Shown: positions 9,224 through 21,356, numbered from the stretch's first letter. The stretch: 37,754 nt of DNA from Nemertoderma westbladi (GCA_032718475.1 JAUCBJ010007413.1:1-37754), one strand, 5' to 3'. Numbers and translations are program-made. Notes: generated by a model not told the origin, from the sequence alone.

Positions 9224-11713
9224 CGATTGGTGCAGTGATAGTAACTTGCATTTATGTGATGTAATGAATTTGCCAGTAGGTACTGATACTTACGTTAGTG
9301 CCGCCCATGGGTCTCGCTCGTGGCTTGACCATGCAGTATGTACCGGTTCCTTATTACCGTGTATCAATAATTTTTATGTTCATCATGAATTATCTGTAGA
9401 TGATCATTCCCCGATTTCGTGCAATATATCTGTTCCGGCTACTCTTTTCCAGACAACCGGTACCACGTCGCATGCTGCGAGTAGCCCGAATGTTCGTGTT
9501 TTTGATTGGAGTAAAGCAACACCGCTTCAATGTCAACAATATGAGTTGACATTATCTAAATTGTTGTCAGAGATTGTGGTGCCATTAGCGGCCTTACAAT
9601 GTCACAATAGCAAGTGTACGGTACATAAATGTCTAGTAGATAATTATCATAACAATATCACCAAAGCTATGCTAGATGCTGCAGCGCAATGCATTCCAAT
9701 TAGATGCGGTGGTGTTGGTATAGATAATAGTAAGAACATTCCCGGTTGGAATGAGTATTTGAAAGATAGATATAATTATTCAAGGCTAATGTTTCGCGTG
9801 TGGCGCTCGAATGGGTGTCCCAGGCAAGGTAATATATTTGATGAGTATATGCAAACCAAACTTGAATTTAAAAGGAGTATGCGGAACGCTAGGCGAAATG
9901 TAGCTAAGATAAAAAGTGACAAGCTGGCTGAGTCGGTTTACTCAACCAATCAGAAAGAGTTTTGGTCGAATGTCCGAAAGCTCAGCGGTTCCAGTACTCC
10001 TTTATCAAATAAAGTGGGTGACGCCGTAGGTGAGGAAAATGTGTGTAACCTTTTTAAAAATAAATTTGAAAATTTATATAACTCAAAGCAGGCAGATGTT
10101 CACAAAGAGTTTGTAGAAGGTGCTTTTTCAGATATTAAATTTAGTGCAGAAATGATTGTGAAACCTATAGAAATTGTTTTTGCTGTAGATAAGTTAGTTA
10201 AGGGTAAAGCGACTGGTCCTGATAACTTATCAAGTGAGCATTATTTACATAGTCCTTATAATTTAAAAGTTCACTTAGCCAATCTATTTACGATTATTAA
10301 TGTGCATGGATATATTCCGCCTGGTGTATTAGTTAGTAACATGATTCCCCTTGTAAAGGACAAGAACGATGACATATCCAGCATCGATAATTATAGGGGT
10401 ATCGCTATTTCTACTGTATATAGCAAAGTATTAGAATTGGTTTACTTAGAACGTTTCTGTGATAAGTTATTTACATCGGATTCACAATTTGGTTTTAAGA
10501 AAGGCTCAGGGACTGATTTGTGTATTTTTACACTTAAAGAAATGGTACAGTATTACCTGGATAATGATAGTGCTGTGTATGTTTGTTTTATTGACAGTTC
10601 GAAAGCCTACGATTTAGTTAATCACTACACATTATTTCGGAAACTGATAAATAGGGGTGTTCCGTTATTTTATATTAGGGTATTATGTATGTGGTATAGA
10701 TCACAGGTTCTTTTTGTAAAATGGGGGGAGTGCATATCAGAGAGTTTTCAGGTTTCAAATGGTACGAAACAGGGTGGGATATTATCGCCGTACCTGTATA
10801 GTGTGTATATAGATGACCTAAGTAAGGAACTTTCTAATTCGGGGATAGGGTGTCAAATGTCAGGGGTCCGTATTAATAATTTAATGTACGCGGATGACTT
10901 AGCGATATGTTCGAATTCGATTAATGGGTTACAAAAGTTACTTCATATTTTTGAATCGTACGCATTAGAACATTGTATAAAAGTAAATTGTAAGAAAACC
11001 AAGTGCTTATTTTATTTTCCAAAATGTGCGAAGAATACAGATGTCGGTCAGGTTACAATTAATGGTCTTAATATTGAAGTAGTGTCAGAGGTAAAGTACT
11101 TAGGGCACATCCTGTGTAGCTCTACCGATGATGATTTTGATATTTACAATCAACTTCGTAGTTTTTATAGGCGTGCGAATATTATAATTAGGAGATTCGG
11201 GGGGTGCTCGGTTACGGTAAAAATTAAATTATTTCGTAGTTTTTGTACCCAGGTATACTGTAATTATCTGTGGGCCAGGTCAAATTATTCTAGTATGGTG
11301 CATAATAAGTTTAGGGTAGCGTATAATAATACAGCAAGGAGGTTATTCAAATTTCCATGGGGGTGCAGTGCTTCGTATATGTTTGGTAGCCTGGGGTTAC
11401 CAAAGTTTATTCATATTAGATCGGGGGCTATAACGTCTTTTTTAGGCCGTGCCTATAGTTGCCCGAATAGCCTCGTACAGGCAACTATTATGACCACTTG
11501 CTGCCATAGTAGAATCATGGGGATGTATGTTTTAAGAAATTGGGCTGAATAATGGTCTTATTAATTTATTACGTGTACATACAATTGTGTTTCCTTACTA
11601 CATTACTTTACTCTACTTTTTGTTTGTGCTAGAACTATAGGCCATGTACGTTATGGGACACCAGGGAAACTTGGGGGTCCTGGAATAAACAATTATTATT
11701 ATTATTATTATTA
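9224..11713 (+). mobile_element. Young 5'-truncated non-LTR retrotransposon (probably RTE-X clade) with AATAAA and an (ATT)n tail
   Basis: Contains the open ORF 9246-11552; AATAAA at 11684-11689; (ATT)n tail at 11692-11713 abutting BEL sequence; inserted antisense within the BEL pol region. Confidence 0.9.
9246..11552 (+). CDS. LINE ORF2, N-terminally truncated: end of APE endonuclease + reverse transcriptase
   Basis: 768 codons without a stop. APE C-terminus TY...SWLDH...DDHSPI; RT motifs GKATGPD, NYRGIAI, QFGFKK, FIDSSKAYD, GTKQGGILSP, LMYADDL, KYLG. No ATG start; most of the endonuclease is missing. Confidence 0.93.
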   Translation: MHLCDVMNLPVGTDTYVSAAHGSRSWLDHAVCTGSLLPCINNFYVHHELSVDDHSPISCNISVPATLFQTTGTTSHAASSPNVRVFDWSKATPLQCQQYELTLSKLLSEIVVPLAALQCHNSKCTVHKCLVDNYHNNITKAMLDAAAQCIPIRCGGVGIDNSKNIPGWNEYLKDRYNYSRLMFRVWRSNGCPRQGNIFDEYMQTKLEFKRSMRNARRNVAKIKSDKLAESVYSTNQKEFWSNVRKLSGSSTPLSNKVGDAVGEENVCNLFKNKFENLYNSKQADVHKEFVEGAFSDIKFSAEMIVKPIEIVFAVDKLVKGKATGPDNLSSEHYLHSPYNLKVHLANLFTIINVHGYIPPGVLVSNMIPLVKDKNDDISSIDNYRGIAISTVYSKVLELVYLERFCDKLFTSDSQFGFKKGSGTDLCIFTLKEMVQYYLDNDSAVYVCFIDSSKAYDLVNHYTLFRKLINRGVPLFYIRVLCMWYRSQVLFVKWGECISESFQVSNGTKQGGILSPYLYSVYIDDLSKELSNSGIGCQMSGVRINNLMYADDLAICSNSINGLQKLLHIFESYALEHCIKVNCKKTKCLFYFPKCAKNTDVGQVTINGLNIEVVSEVKYLGHILCSSTDDDFDIYNQLRSFYRRANIIIRRFGGCSVTVKIKLFRSFCTQVYCNYLWARSNYSSMVHNKFRVAYNNTARRLFKFPWGCSASYMFGSLGLPKFIHIRSGAITSFLGRAYSCPNSLVQATIMTTCCHSRIMGMYVLRNWAE

Positions 11714-14700
11714 TAGTAAGTAAATATTGGCTACAGGATTACACGGAATCGGTATGTAACACTGACAAGTCAGATCTTTTGGATCTTCCAACCAAAATAA
11801 CCGAGTGACATTGCGATCGGTAGTGTATAACCCAACCTGCAAGAAAGCCTTCTCTATATCAGCTATGGTGCACCACTGGTGGACTCGAATATGTAATAAC
11901 AGTTCACCGCTATCCTGAGTTAATGACGGGCCCATGTAGAGGCAATCATTTAAACTGGGTGAGTTTTTCTTTTTCGCAGAACAATCAGAGAGGAGTAGTA
12001 GTCGACTTTGGGTTTCTCACTCCATGATGTGCTAGGTAATGTAACTTGGATCCTGGATACACATATGGAGGGGCGCGCTCGATAAACCCACATTCAAATT
12101 GATTATCAATGACCTTTCAATAGGATTCGAATAATAGAGAATCATGTGATAATTTTGTTAATATTCCCTTGAAATGTTTCTTAGCTAAAATATAATTCGA
12201 TGGCAATTCCAGAATATCAGGTTTCAAAGGTAACTTGACAATATAATGACCATTGGTAAACGGGATCGACTTTTCAAACTCTCGAAGAATAATCTCATGA
12301 GTTGTATCAATGCAGTCTAGTGTGATACCAATTGTATCCATACTCCACATTTGATGTAGTGATATATTGATTTCATCTAAAAAACTACTGGAATTGGAAC
12401 TATACAGAGTAGTAACCGCAGCAGCTTGGCCATTGTCTTTGGTAGAAATATTATCTTCTGGTATATTTCCAACCACAATGTTTCCAAGATTTGATGGAAT
12501 ACAATAAAGACCACCTTCGATATGTTGGCCATAAACAAACTTATAGTATTGATCAACTCCCAACAATATTGAATGGTCGGGAAGATAATCTCCAGGTCGT
12601 GGGTCAGCTAAAGTAAACCCTCGTAATTTCAAACAAGAAATCATCTTCCTGGTGAACACAAACGCATTGGAAGAACATCAACGACTATTGCCCAACATTC
12701 TATAGCACCGTCTGAGGCGGCTATACGGAACTTAACTTCATTGTATAACTTACATTTACTTCACCATTTATCCCGTCGATAGCAATTGAATGATGGCCTA
12801 CAACTGGGGAGATTTAAAGATTTCATTAAACGACGCAGAATAAATGTATTCTGTGATGAATGGTCAAGAAGAATACGAATTTCATACTCCTCTTACTGAA
12901 GACCAGTTCCAAACAAGATCTGAGCAATAGCTGTTGGTAATAATGATAATGACTTGGTGGTAATTCCCAATGTAGATAAAATAGAATCCACTGTAACCAT
13001 GGTAACCGATGATGTTGGATCCTGTCCATCAATATGAATAGCCGCGTGGTGTTGTTCACCACAATAACAACAATTAAAATGTGAATGACAACATTCACCT
13101 TCCTTATGTTCAGGCCTCAAACACATTTTACAAAGAGATAATTCTTTACAATGTGTTTCTCTGGCTGCATCAGATTTGTAACGAACACATGAATATACCA
13201 AATGTTTCCCATGACAAAGGAAACAAATAACTGGACGAGGTTTGGAATTTGAATTTGATTTTTTTGCACTTGTTACAAATGAACTAGCTATACTCTGCTT
13301 AGGATTGCTATGATTCGGAGATTCACTGTGAGAAGAATGATTATTATACTTACTTTTCTGCCAATTTTTGGGTGATGACTGATTAGATTTACTAATGGTA
13401 CTGGTTGTAGACCTTTGACTGAGAATAACTATCTATCTCAGTAGCACGGAGTTGATCATTCAAAGCGACTCTCAAATCTTTAAGAGTCCAGTAGGTAGAC
13501 TGCGCTGCTCTATTGATATTGCTGCGAATTTTTGCTGGTAACTTACGAAGAATTATTTCTGCAAAAATATACCCTGAACTATCTATATCTCCCCCTAAAC
13601 TGTGAATTCCACGTAATTGAGATTCATAGTTTGCTCTAAAGGAAGATAGATCTTTAGCTGTAGCCTTTGGAGTGTCTAAGCCAAACATTTTATGAAGACG
13701 TGCTTGCATAATAAGTTTCTCCTGACCATAAGTAGACTGTAATAATGCAACTGCCTCTATATAATTATCATTTGTTCGGTGAAAAGTATCCACCAAACAC
13801 GAAGCATCACCTAATAGTTGGCCTTCAAGGTATTAGAATTTTGTTGCACCTGCTAGATCAGTATATTTATTTACCGAGTCTTCGAATCTATCCCAAAAAT
13901 TTGACCATTGTAAGGGATCCCCTGAAAATTTAGGGAGATTTAAGGTTGGAAGTTTCTGATTAAATTTTTCACGTTTTTGAATTCCAGGGACTGCTTGAAA
14001 AAGGCTACTTCCAGTTGCTTGGTTATTTATTGATCAGCATTTAAAAACTCTTCTGCTTTTCTCAGAAGAGATGAAATGCACATGTCCTCCTTAACAGTTG
14101 AGTCGATCTCATCTTCCATTTCTACATCTGTCTCTATGAGTTGCTGGATATTTTCATTCAGGTTGTTCAACCTAACCCATTGTAATTGTAATGCCTCCAA
14201 ATAACCTTTGTTGGTTCCTATATCTAAAATAGCATTAACCTCAAGGGTATCAATGTCTGCATAAAGACTATCTAACAACTCATTACTGAGTTGAGTCACA
14301 ACACTCCGATGGCCACTTTTTAAACTCATGAACACATCCTGTGTTAGCAATATACAGTATTTGCACCTTTAAATATTTTTCACTATTTCTTACTATAATT
14401 ATATATAAAACTACACACACTCAATTTAACTATTTTTTGTCAAAATTGCATATAAAAAAACACCCGTTTTAATACCTGAAAATCGTAATAAACATCCAGA
14501 ATTCCCATGACACTCGGTTTACTGCTTAACATACAAAGGGAATTTACACATATCAATTTACTATACTGTGTATGATGTACTACGCCTGTACTACATCATA
14601 ACAGAATTAGACAGGCAAATCTTTCAGAGATTCCGACATAGGCGTAGGCCTAGCTAGCTACACGTAGTTTGTAACTTCCATTCCTGTCATTTACCGGTAG

Positions 14701-14991
14701 GGCCAGCCCCAGGCTTACTGCCTTTTTGACAACTATGCATATGCAAGTGTTTGAGTACACCTAGCACTTCTCGTAGGTCCTATCGGTAGCAGCTGCAGTC
14801 CTGATAATATAGATTTTATTTTCCAGGTCCAGTAGGGCTTGAGTTGTTAGGCAACTATGTTAGGCCTATACTGTAGGTCAGGACTTGTCAGGTGTCTGAT
14901 TTTCAGACAAATTAAGAAAATAATAAATTTTGAAGGAAATAAATAATTTATAAGAAGTAGAACAGGAACAGGAATCTGTTGACCAACACCA

Positions 14992-15415
14992 TGATATACC
15001 TACCTACAGACCTATTATGTCTGTTAATTACAGGTATCTTTTGATCTTTTTGGGATTTTTACTGCCCTGGTAACTATAGAATATAATTAATTATTACGAT
15101 TAATGCCTTAAATCAGCTTGCCGCGGACTCAATGAATTTCACGTATATCATTAAGGATAAGTTTCTGTTTCTGGAATTGGTTGGAACCGTCCTCACTATC
15201 GGTGTGATGGTTTATCAGATGCGAGCTGACGAGGTTTCTCTTCGACTCTGGTTCTGCCGAATGATAATTGATTGAAGGGACTTAGGCGTACAGTACAGGA
15301 AGGATGTGTAGGCCTACTAGGTTTGCAGTAAATGAGAAGCCCACAGTCCAGAAGTCGCTGCTGACCTTACGAGGTAATGTTTGGTTTTACTAGTCTACTA
15401 GGCACTAGGGACACA
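14992..15415 (-). repeat. Candidate 5' LTR of BEL element no. 1 with adjacent PBS-like sequence
   Basis: Minus strand runs TGTGTCCCTAG...TATATCA and is followed at once by TGGTGTTGGTCAACAGATT (14973-14991), upstream of gag. There is no second LTR to confirm it. Confidence 0.45.
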
Positions 15416-15520
15416 TAATAGATCATTCTTACTAGCATTGTTGTGTATTTTTCCATTGTTTGTAATGTCGTTGCCAAATGTTTAGTGGTTAAGTAATACA
15501 AAGAATTAAAAATAAAAGAA

Positions 15521-18336
15521 TTATGGTAGGCTATTAATGTAATATTCACAGCCATCACCATCCATCGCAGCCATCACCATCCCTTCCACGTTAGTGGCCG
15601 ACTTTGCCCACCCGAACGCGAACACATTCCACCCATGATCTCCGTACCGGTCAAGTTCACCAACAACGTGGGCCCAGGCAGCGCCCCCTGGGATGCGATT
15701 CGTCTTTGCCTACATGATTATATAAAAGGAGTAAATGAAACATAAAAAAATATGGATATTCTTGTCCCATGCATTTTTACAAGTATTTGTTATTCTATAA
15801 ATATTACAATTCAACAAACTGTAGTAATTCAATTAAATAATATAATTCAAAAGCTTGAGTTCTAATTTTTGCTATTATTAGTTTTTGTAATTATGATAAC
15901 TTTTATCCAAAAACACATTGTAGGTTCTAAAATGTCAGTGAGTGCCATGTAGTGAGTTTTTAAGTTTATACCAATATGACTCAATACAGCAAATGTATTG
16001 AAGTTTTGTATTATATTATAAATAATGTTATATATTATTAATCTATAATAGTAAATAATATAATATAATATAATATCTTAATAACTATTTATTCACATAG
16101 AGTGACCAATACATTCTATTTGTAAAGTAATATATTTTATCTAATAAATTTTAACATTACAGCTCTGTACAATCAATATAGGGAAGAATAGAATAAAGAT
16201 GTATACGTTATATGTCTATTGTCTAGACACTTTAATTACACTGAAATTCAACTTGTTTTCCGCTACCATAGACACTGGTGCTTTACTTTACACAGGTACA
16301 TTTAGCATTTATTTATTACTCACTTCTAGATGCACTTTATCGAAGAATAATGAGGAAAACTCATTACTGCAGAATAATGTATGTATAGGATGGACTGAGT
16401 CTAATCCTCAGAAATACTGTATAATACATGGAATTAATTTAATATTATTAGTTCATTGTTACCGATAGAATATCCCGTTTATATATTTATGTTAATGGTA
16501 GTGATTTTAGTTTGTTTAGTACTCTCCCTAGCAGGGCAAACGGTTTAATCATGAAAACAGGAGAGAGGGGGGTGTGAACTGGACTCAAACCCCATCTTGG
16601 CGAATTAATATCACACCTCAATGTCAAATTCTTAATTTACAGAAAGGAGCAGGTTAAAGTGGCTCGTTATTCTAACCAGAACAATAAACGAAAGTCATTA
16701 TAGAATAGGTTACACTTATAATTTTGGGAGTAATCAGCTGGTATTTGTGTCGAATTCCCCCTGGAGAGGGATGAGTTTTTATTACCAGTGTTAAAATATA
16801 TTAACTCCTTATTTAGTTGCTATTATTGTTGTTCCAGATGTTAAAATATATTATATCTTCATATATAAAACACCTTTTAGGGTTAGCCACAAAATGACCA
16901 CTATAATAAATATATCAGATTGAAAACATGAAAAACTATCGATTGCGTTCAATGTAGATTGCTTTTTTTCAAAAATATTTTGCAGGTACAGCTTTCGTAT
17001 TTAGTATTCTATATTACATATACATAACATTGTTATATACATTTACAACATACTATTTATTTTTAATTTTAGTAACTGTGTGTGAGTTATGACATTAAAG
17101 AATAGACATGACAATAAACCCACCCGTTGTAACTGCAATGATTATAATCGCAAGTAAAACCCTTGGAGTTCCTTCGATGAGAGTACGATGGACGGAAGAC
17201 TCGATACTGGGGGTATTGTTGGCGGGTCGTTCATCGGCTCCAACTTCGCGTCCTTGGTAATCACCGGTAGATTAACAATCGTGTTTCCAGTGGTTGTTGG
17301 CTACACTATCCTTAGGAATGACCCGACGCCAACTCCAGCAGAGTGAAAATATAACGCCGTATTATGGGGATACTCAGCCAACATGGTAAATGTCTCGCCT
17401 CAAATTAAATCTCTGAAAAAAATTTCAAAAAATATTAATGTTAAAACATTGTTATATACATTTACAACATACTATTTATTTTTAATTTTAGTAACTGTGT
17501 GTGAGTTATGACATTAAAGAATAGACATGACAATAAACCCACCCGTTGTAACTGCAATGATTATAATCGCAAGTAAAACCCTTGGAGTTCCTTCGATGAG
17601 AGTACGATGGACGGAAGACTCGATACTGGGGGTATTGTTGGCGGGTCGTTCATCGGCTCCAACTTAGCGTCCTTGGTAATCACCGGTAGATTAACAATCG
17701 TGTTTCCAGTGGTTGTTGGCTACACTATCCTTAGGAATGACCCGACGCCAACTCCAGCAGAGTGAAAATATAACGCCGTATTATGGGGATACTCAGCCAA
17801 CATGGTAAATGTCTCGCCTCAAATTAAATCTCTGAAAAAAATTTCAAAAAATATTAATGTTAGTGCAGTAGTGTAAAAATAATTATAATTATTAGGGTAC
17901 TAATGTTATTTATTGTTAATATATTTCAGTATTTATAAAATCTTTTAATCTATAAAATATATGTTCAGCTACAGAAAAACGTGATATATTTTATTTTATG
18001 GTCATTTTGGTCAAACTAAATTGTAATTTAACAGTCTAAATGATGCTATGGTATTTTTATAATTCCTAAAAATCGAATTTCACGTCTGTTAAATGTATAT
18101 TAAGTGGGTAACATTATTTCAATAAAGGTATTAATTTCATTTTAATTATTAAATATTTTATTAACTTACAGGGTGAACAACAGCATATGGTATGAAGTGC
18201 GCTGCTTTTTGGCAGTGGGTGCTCCAGCTGCCTTTTTCTTCCTTGCTGGCCCATAACTAACAGAAAGAATAACTGCCTGCATTGCAGTGTTGTTGGTGAT
18301 CTGCGAACCGCATACATACGGTAGTTGTACCTCCAT
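15521..18336 (-). pseudogene. Unrecognised multi-exon gene remnant (at least 4 phase-compatible exons)
   Basis: GC-richer islands in AT-rich DNA with canonical splice sites: 18336-18170 (MEVQLP...MLLFT|GTAAGT), 17831-17543 (TTTTTCAG|, ends |GTGGGT; duplicated at 17412-17124), 16416-16324 (CAG|, |GTGAGT), 15709-15521 (TAG|AKTNRIPGG...). Phases join 2/0/0. There are four in-frame stops. Confidence 0.6.
17026..17862. repeat. Near-perfect 419-bp tandem duplication
   Basis: Units 17026-17444 and 17445-17862; I saw one substitution (AACTTCGCG vs AACTTAGCG). Confidence 0.95.
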
Positions 18337-19027
18337 CTACAATATTTTAATAAGGTTATTACTTGTAATATTATAAATCATAGTATTTATTTATAAGTTT
18401 ATTAGGCCTACTGAAAAAGTGAAGTCGTTATTACAGAGGTAATGATGGCGGACATGTTGTATCCTGTAATTCGCGGCAGTGTTTGACTGACCCCTCAATG
18501 TTTATAAACTTAATTATATTAAAAATACACACATTCAATTTTACAATTTAAACAAAATTATGTAATAATTTAATATAATAAATATTGGACTTGTTTAAAT
18601 AACATTTTAAGCAATGAAAGTTAATTTGAACCTGAACATTAAACTGGAACTTTCATCATCTTGGATAACACACAAAAATTATTTGATAATATGAATACTG
18701 GTTAAGTCATGAAAATAAACAAACTCTAAGCTCAACATTTGGAATTGAACGGCCCACCTCGAAAATAGATGAAGCATGTCACACAATTGCAAATTTATAA
18801 ACTTAAAACGTCCGGGTTCTTCTTTGATTAGATTAAATTTAATTAATTTGATTGACATTAGTAATTACGGAAGCATTTCCTATATTTTGTACGTAGTTTA
18901 CATATTTAATAAACTTACATTTGCAGGTGTAACTTGAAGAAGCAATCTATAGATCGGAACAACTTTAGAATAGGGGGAACTGGGAGAATAGGTTGAATTA
19001 ACTTTTAAAAACGACCAGTAAAAAAAC

Positions 19028-21091
19028 ATGCAACACAAACAACAAACACGGTATTCTGCCTACACTGTAGGCCTACTGCTAGACTCTTTGATAATGTTAA
19101 TTGCCCAATTGTTAGTTGAGGATGACGTATTATCACCTGTCACCATGCCTGTATTCACCTCACATTCGTCAGTAGGACCCAGTGGAAGTGTAGCGGCGAA
19201 TATACTATCAACTACTTTACAGGCAAGTAATTACTTTAGTGGAAGTGATTTATTAGCACATGTTGGTACTTATCGGCCAACATCTTCGGAGTTGATTTCC
19301 TTTAGTTGCTACTTGGCTGCTAAAAAAGCGTGGTCATTTAGAGCCTGGGTCAAACAAAAGTAAGAAATTTTATGACGATATAGAGGTAACAGTTAATGTT
19401 GGTGCGATAAAGATGATAGGTGTGTTAAAAGTTATATGAGGAAAAAGTCTACCCCTGGTTGTTTCAAAAACACCGAACATGTCGCCATTAAAACTGCTGC
19501 TGTTCAGAATTTTTCTACTTTTTATAAAATCGTTTTCAATACGGATAAAGAGGATGATTTTATATTACTTACTATGGACGGCTTGGTTGCAACTAAACTA
19601 CCTGGCACTAATAAAGACTTCGTGTTAAACTTGTACAAGGAGTCGCTTGGCAAAGACTATAAAAGAACAACATTCTATCTATGTAGTGATGACGACTTTG
19701 ATAAGAGTGAGGCTCAAGAAACAGATGATAACTCATTGTTTTCACATTCAAACCTAAGACAATCTAGGCTAAATATAGGTTCCAACATTGCATCATGTCC
19801 ACCATTGCATAACGACAATAGTAACACTCAAACAACACTACCGGAGTGACCTGCCCCACAACCCTCTAGTTCATCAGTTAACTCTACATCATTTCAGCCA
19901 AACGTCGTAGTAGGTCATCCAACGCAACATATTATTGTCATAGAGAGTGACGAGGAGGATTTAGACAATTTTATAACTGCGAATGATGCTGCCCTGGCAA
20001 CCAGTCCAAGCAATTTTGATATGATAGATCCTGAGGTAACACAAGACAATATTGAAACACTTAGAGACGTTTCACTACACTATGATTACTATATCGATGA
20101 TGATGATTATAATATTATCAGAATTCAAGGACGTAAATTATTGAGCGACCTCCTTTTTGGAATTGAAAAGCTCAATTGTTGCTATGTTAAATGGTTCGCT
20201 ATATAGTGCCATATATTGCTATATAGTTCGCTATATGGATGGCTATATAGTGCCATCATCTGGTGATATGAGTAAGGTTGTGCGTGGGGAATTTAAAGTG
20301 ATCGGTAAACTTTTTGCGATGATTTTACTGCATGGAGAACAGTTTCTAGGTATCCTACATCCCATAGTTTCCTATTACATTATATACGATGGCATTGATG
20401 CTCCCTTTAGAGAATCGGGATTTTTATCCCATACCACTTATGAATTTCTCATATGTTTGACGGACACTAGGAAGTTTTCTCCACATATGATCGAGTGTAG
20501 CCTAGATATTGGACTTGTCCCGCCTAACGAAAATTGTAGTGTGGATACGAAATTAAAGTTTTTCGATACTTTCATGCAGGTTTTACACTGCCCTTTCAAA
20601 CAAAGCAGCTGTTGATGCTGTTAAGTCTGAATTTCGGGAACACGTTGGCCACGTTCCAAATGACGTGTTGTTTCGTTTTCTGTGCTGCTCTCCTAAGTTT
20701 AATATCGCGGATTTCTTTGACAGTGCTGTAGTGCAAAACCGATCAGAAGAAGGATCAAACCGATGTGTTAATGAAGAAAACATATTATATTACCTCACGG
20801 CAACTATGCAGGATTTTGATGAAGGTAATTTGCAGGAATGGTCTGATGGTGAGGAGGTTTTGCAACTTGGTTCTGACGAGTATCTGGCTCGTGCCGACCC
20901 CTGAAAGTCCTACAATTGACAATCATCTTTAAAGACTGTCCAATTGATTGCAATTGTAGGATGCAGTACTCTACAGTACTTGTGCCTACCAATTAAGAAT
21001 CTCACTACATATTAACGACAAACATCAATGTTTAGGATTAATACTAAAATCATTGCGCAAATCAGGGGTCCAATTTGGAATTAGTACATAA
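19028..21091 (+). pseudogene. G2E3-like HECT-domain E3 ubiquitin ligase pseudogene, apparently intronless
   Basis: N-terminal module EVTVNVG...GKSLPL...LL..DG...KLPG...FVLNLYKESLGKDYKRTTFYLC. HECT N-lobe-like EFKVIGKLFAMILLHG..F..LHP.V..YI; EENILYYL; IIFKDCPIDCNCR; terminal GVQFGI* at ~21066-21091. Many stops and frameshifts. Confidence 0.6.
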
Positions 21092-21356
21092 TTAATTACA
21101 TAACAAATTAGGAAAAACAAAGTACCATACATAAAAAAAATGAAAAACACCACTTCTGTCACATCTTGGGGGGCCTTCTCGGCCTCCTGCTATTTTGGAG
21201 TTGAATTTAGGCCTAGAATTTAAAAGTTTAAGTTTAAAAAAAAGTTTTAAATTTGAACTCAGTTGAAATTTGAACTTCTTCCCAACTGTTAGTACCATAG
21301 CTGTAGGTCTACTGAACTATTAGGCTACCTAAATACTGAAGGAATACTGAATACCA

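Larger units (their letters stand above)
7190..15415 (-). mobile_element. Decayed BEL/Pao LTR retrotransposon no. 1 (gag-PR-RT-RH-IN), internally deleted, no 3' LTR, interrupted by a LINE
   Basis: Gag N-terminus 14027-14350; DUF1759-like NYIEAVALLQSTYG (13392-13796); Cys/His knuckles (12893-13230); ILLGVDQYYKFV, MWSMDTIGI (12117-12659); RT IADIEKAFLQVGL (11711-11935); ENPADDLSHG..LW..PPWL (8693-9013); integrase zinc region PILLP..HYFT.LII.H.H (8316-8558); NDRPL..EPLTP (7551-7769); DUF5641-like KVGDFVLI..PRSQW.MGK..GSDG.VRSV (7190-7484). Confidence 0.92.

Noticed and set aside
9246-11552. Bacterial retron, group II intron or defence-associated RT
   Set aside because: APE endonuclease remnant, LINE-type C-terminus, AATAAA and (ATT)n tail identify a eukaryotic non-LTR retrotransposon.
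18114-18317. ORF-track protein MYAVRRSP...
   Set aside because: A different frame (ATG 18336 to the GTAAGT donor at 18169) spans the whole GC-rich island and joins the next exon in phase.
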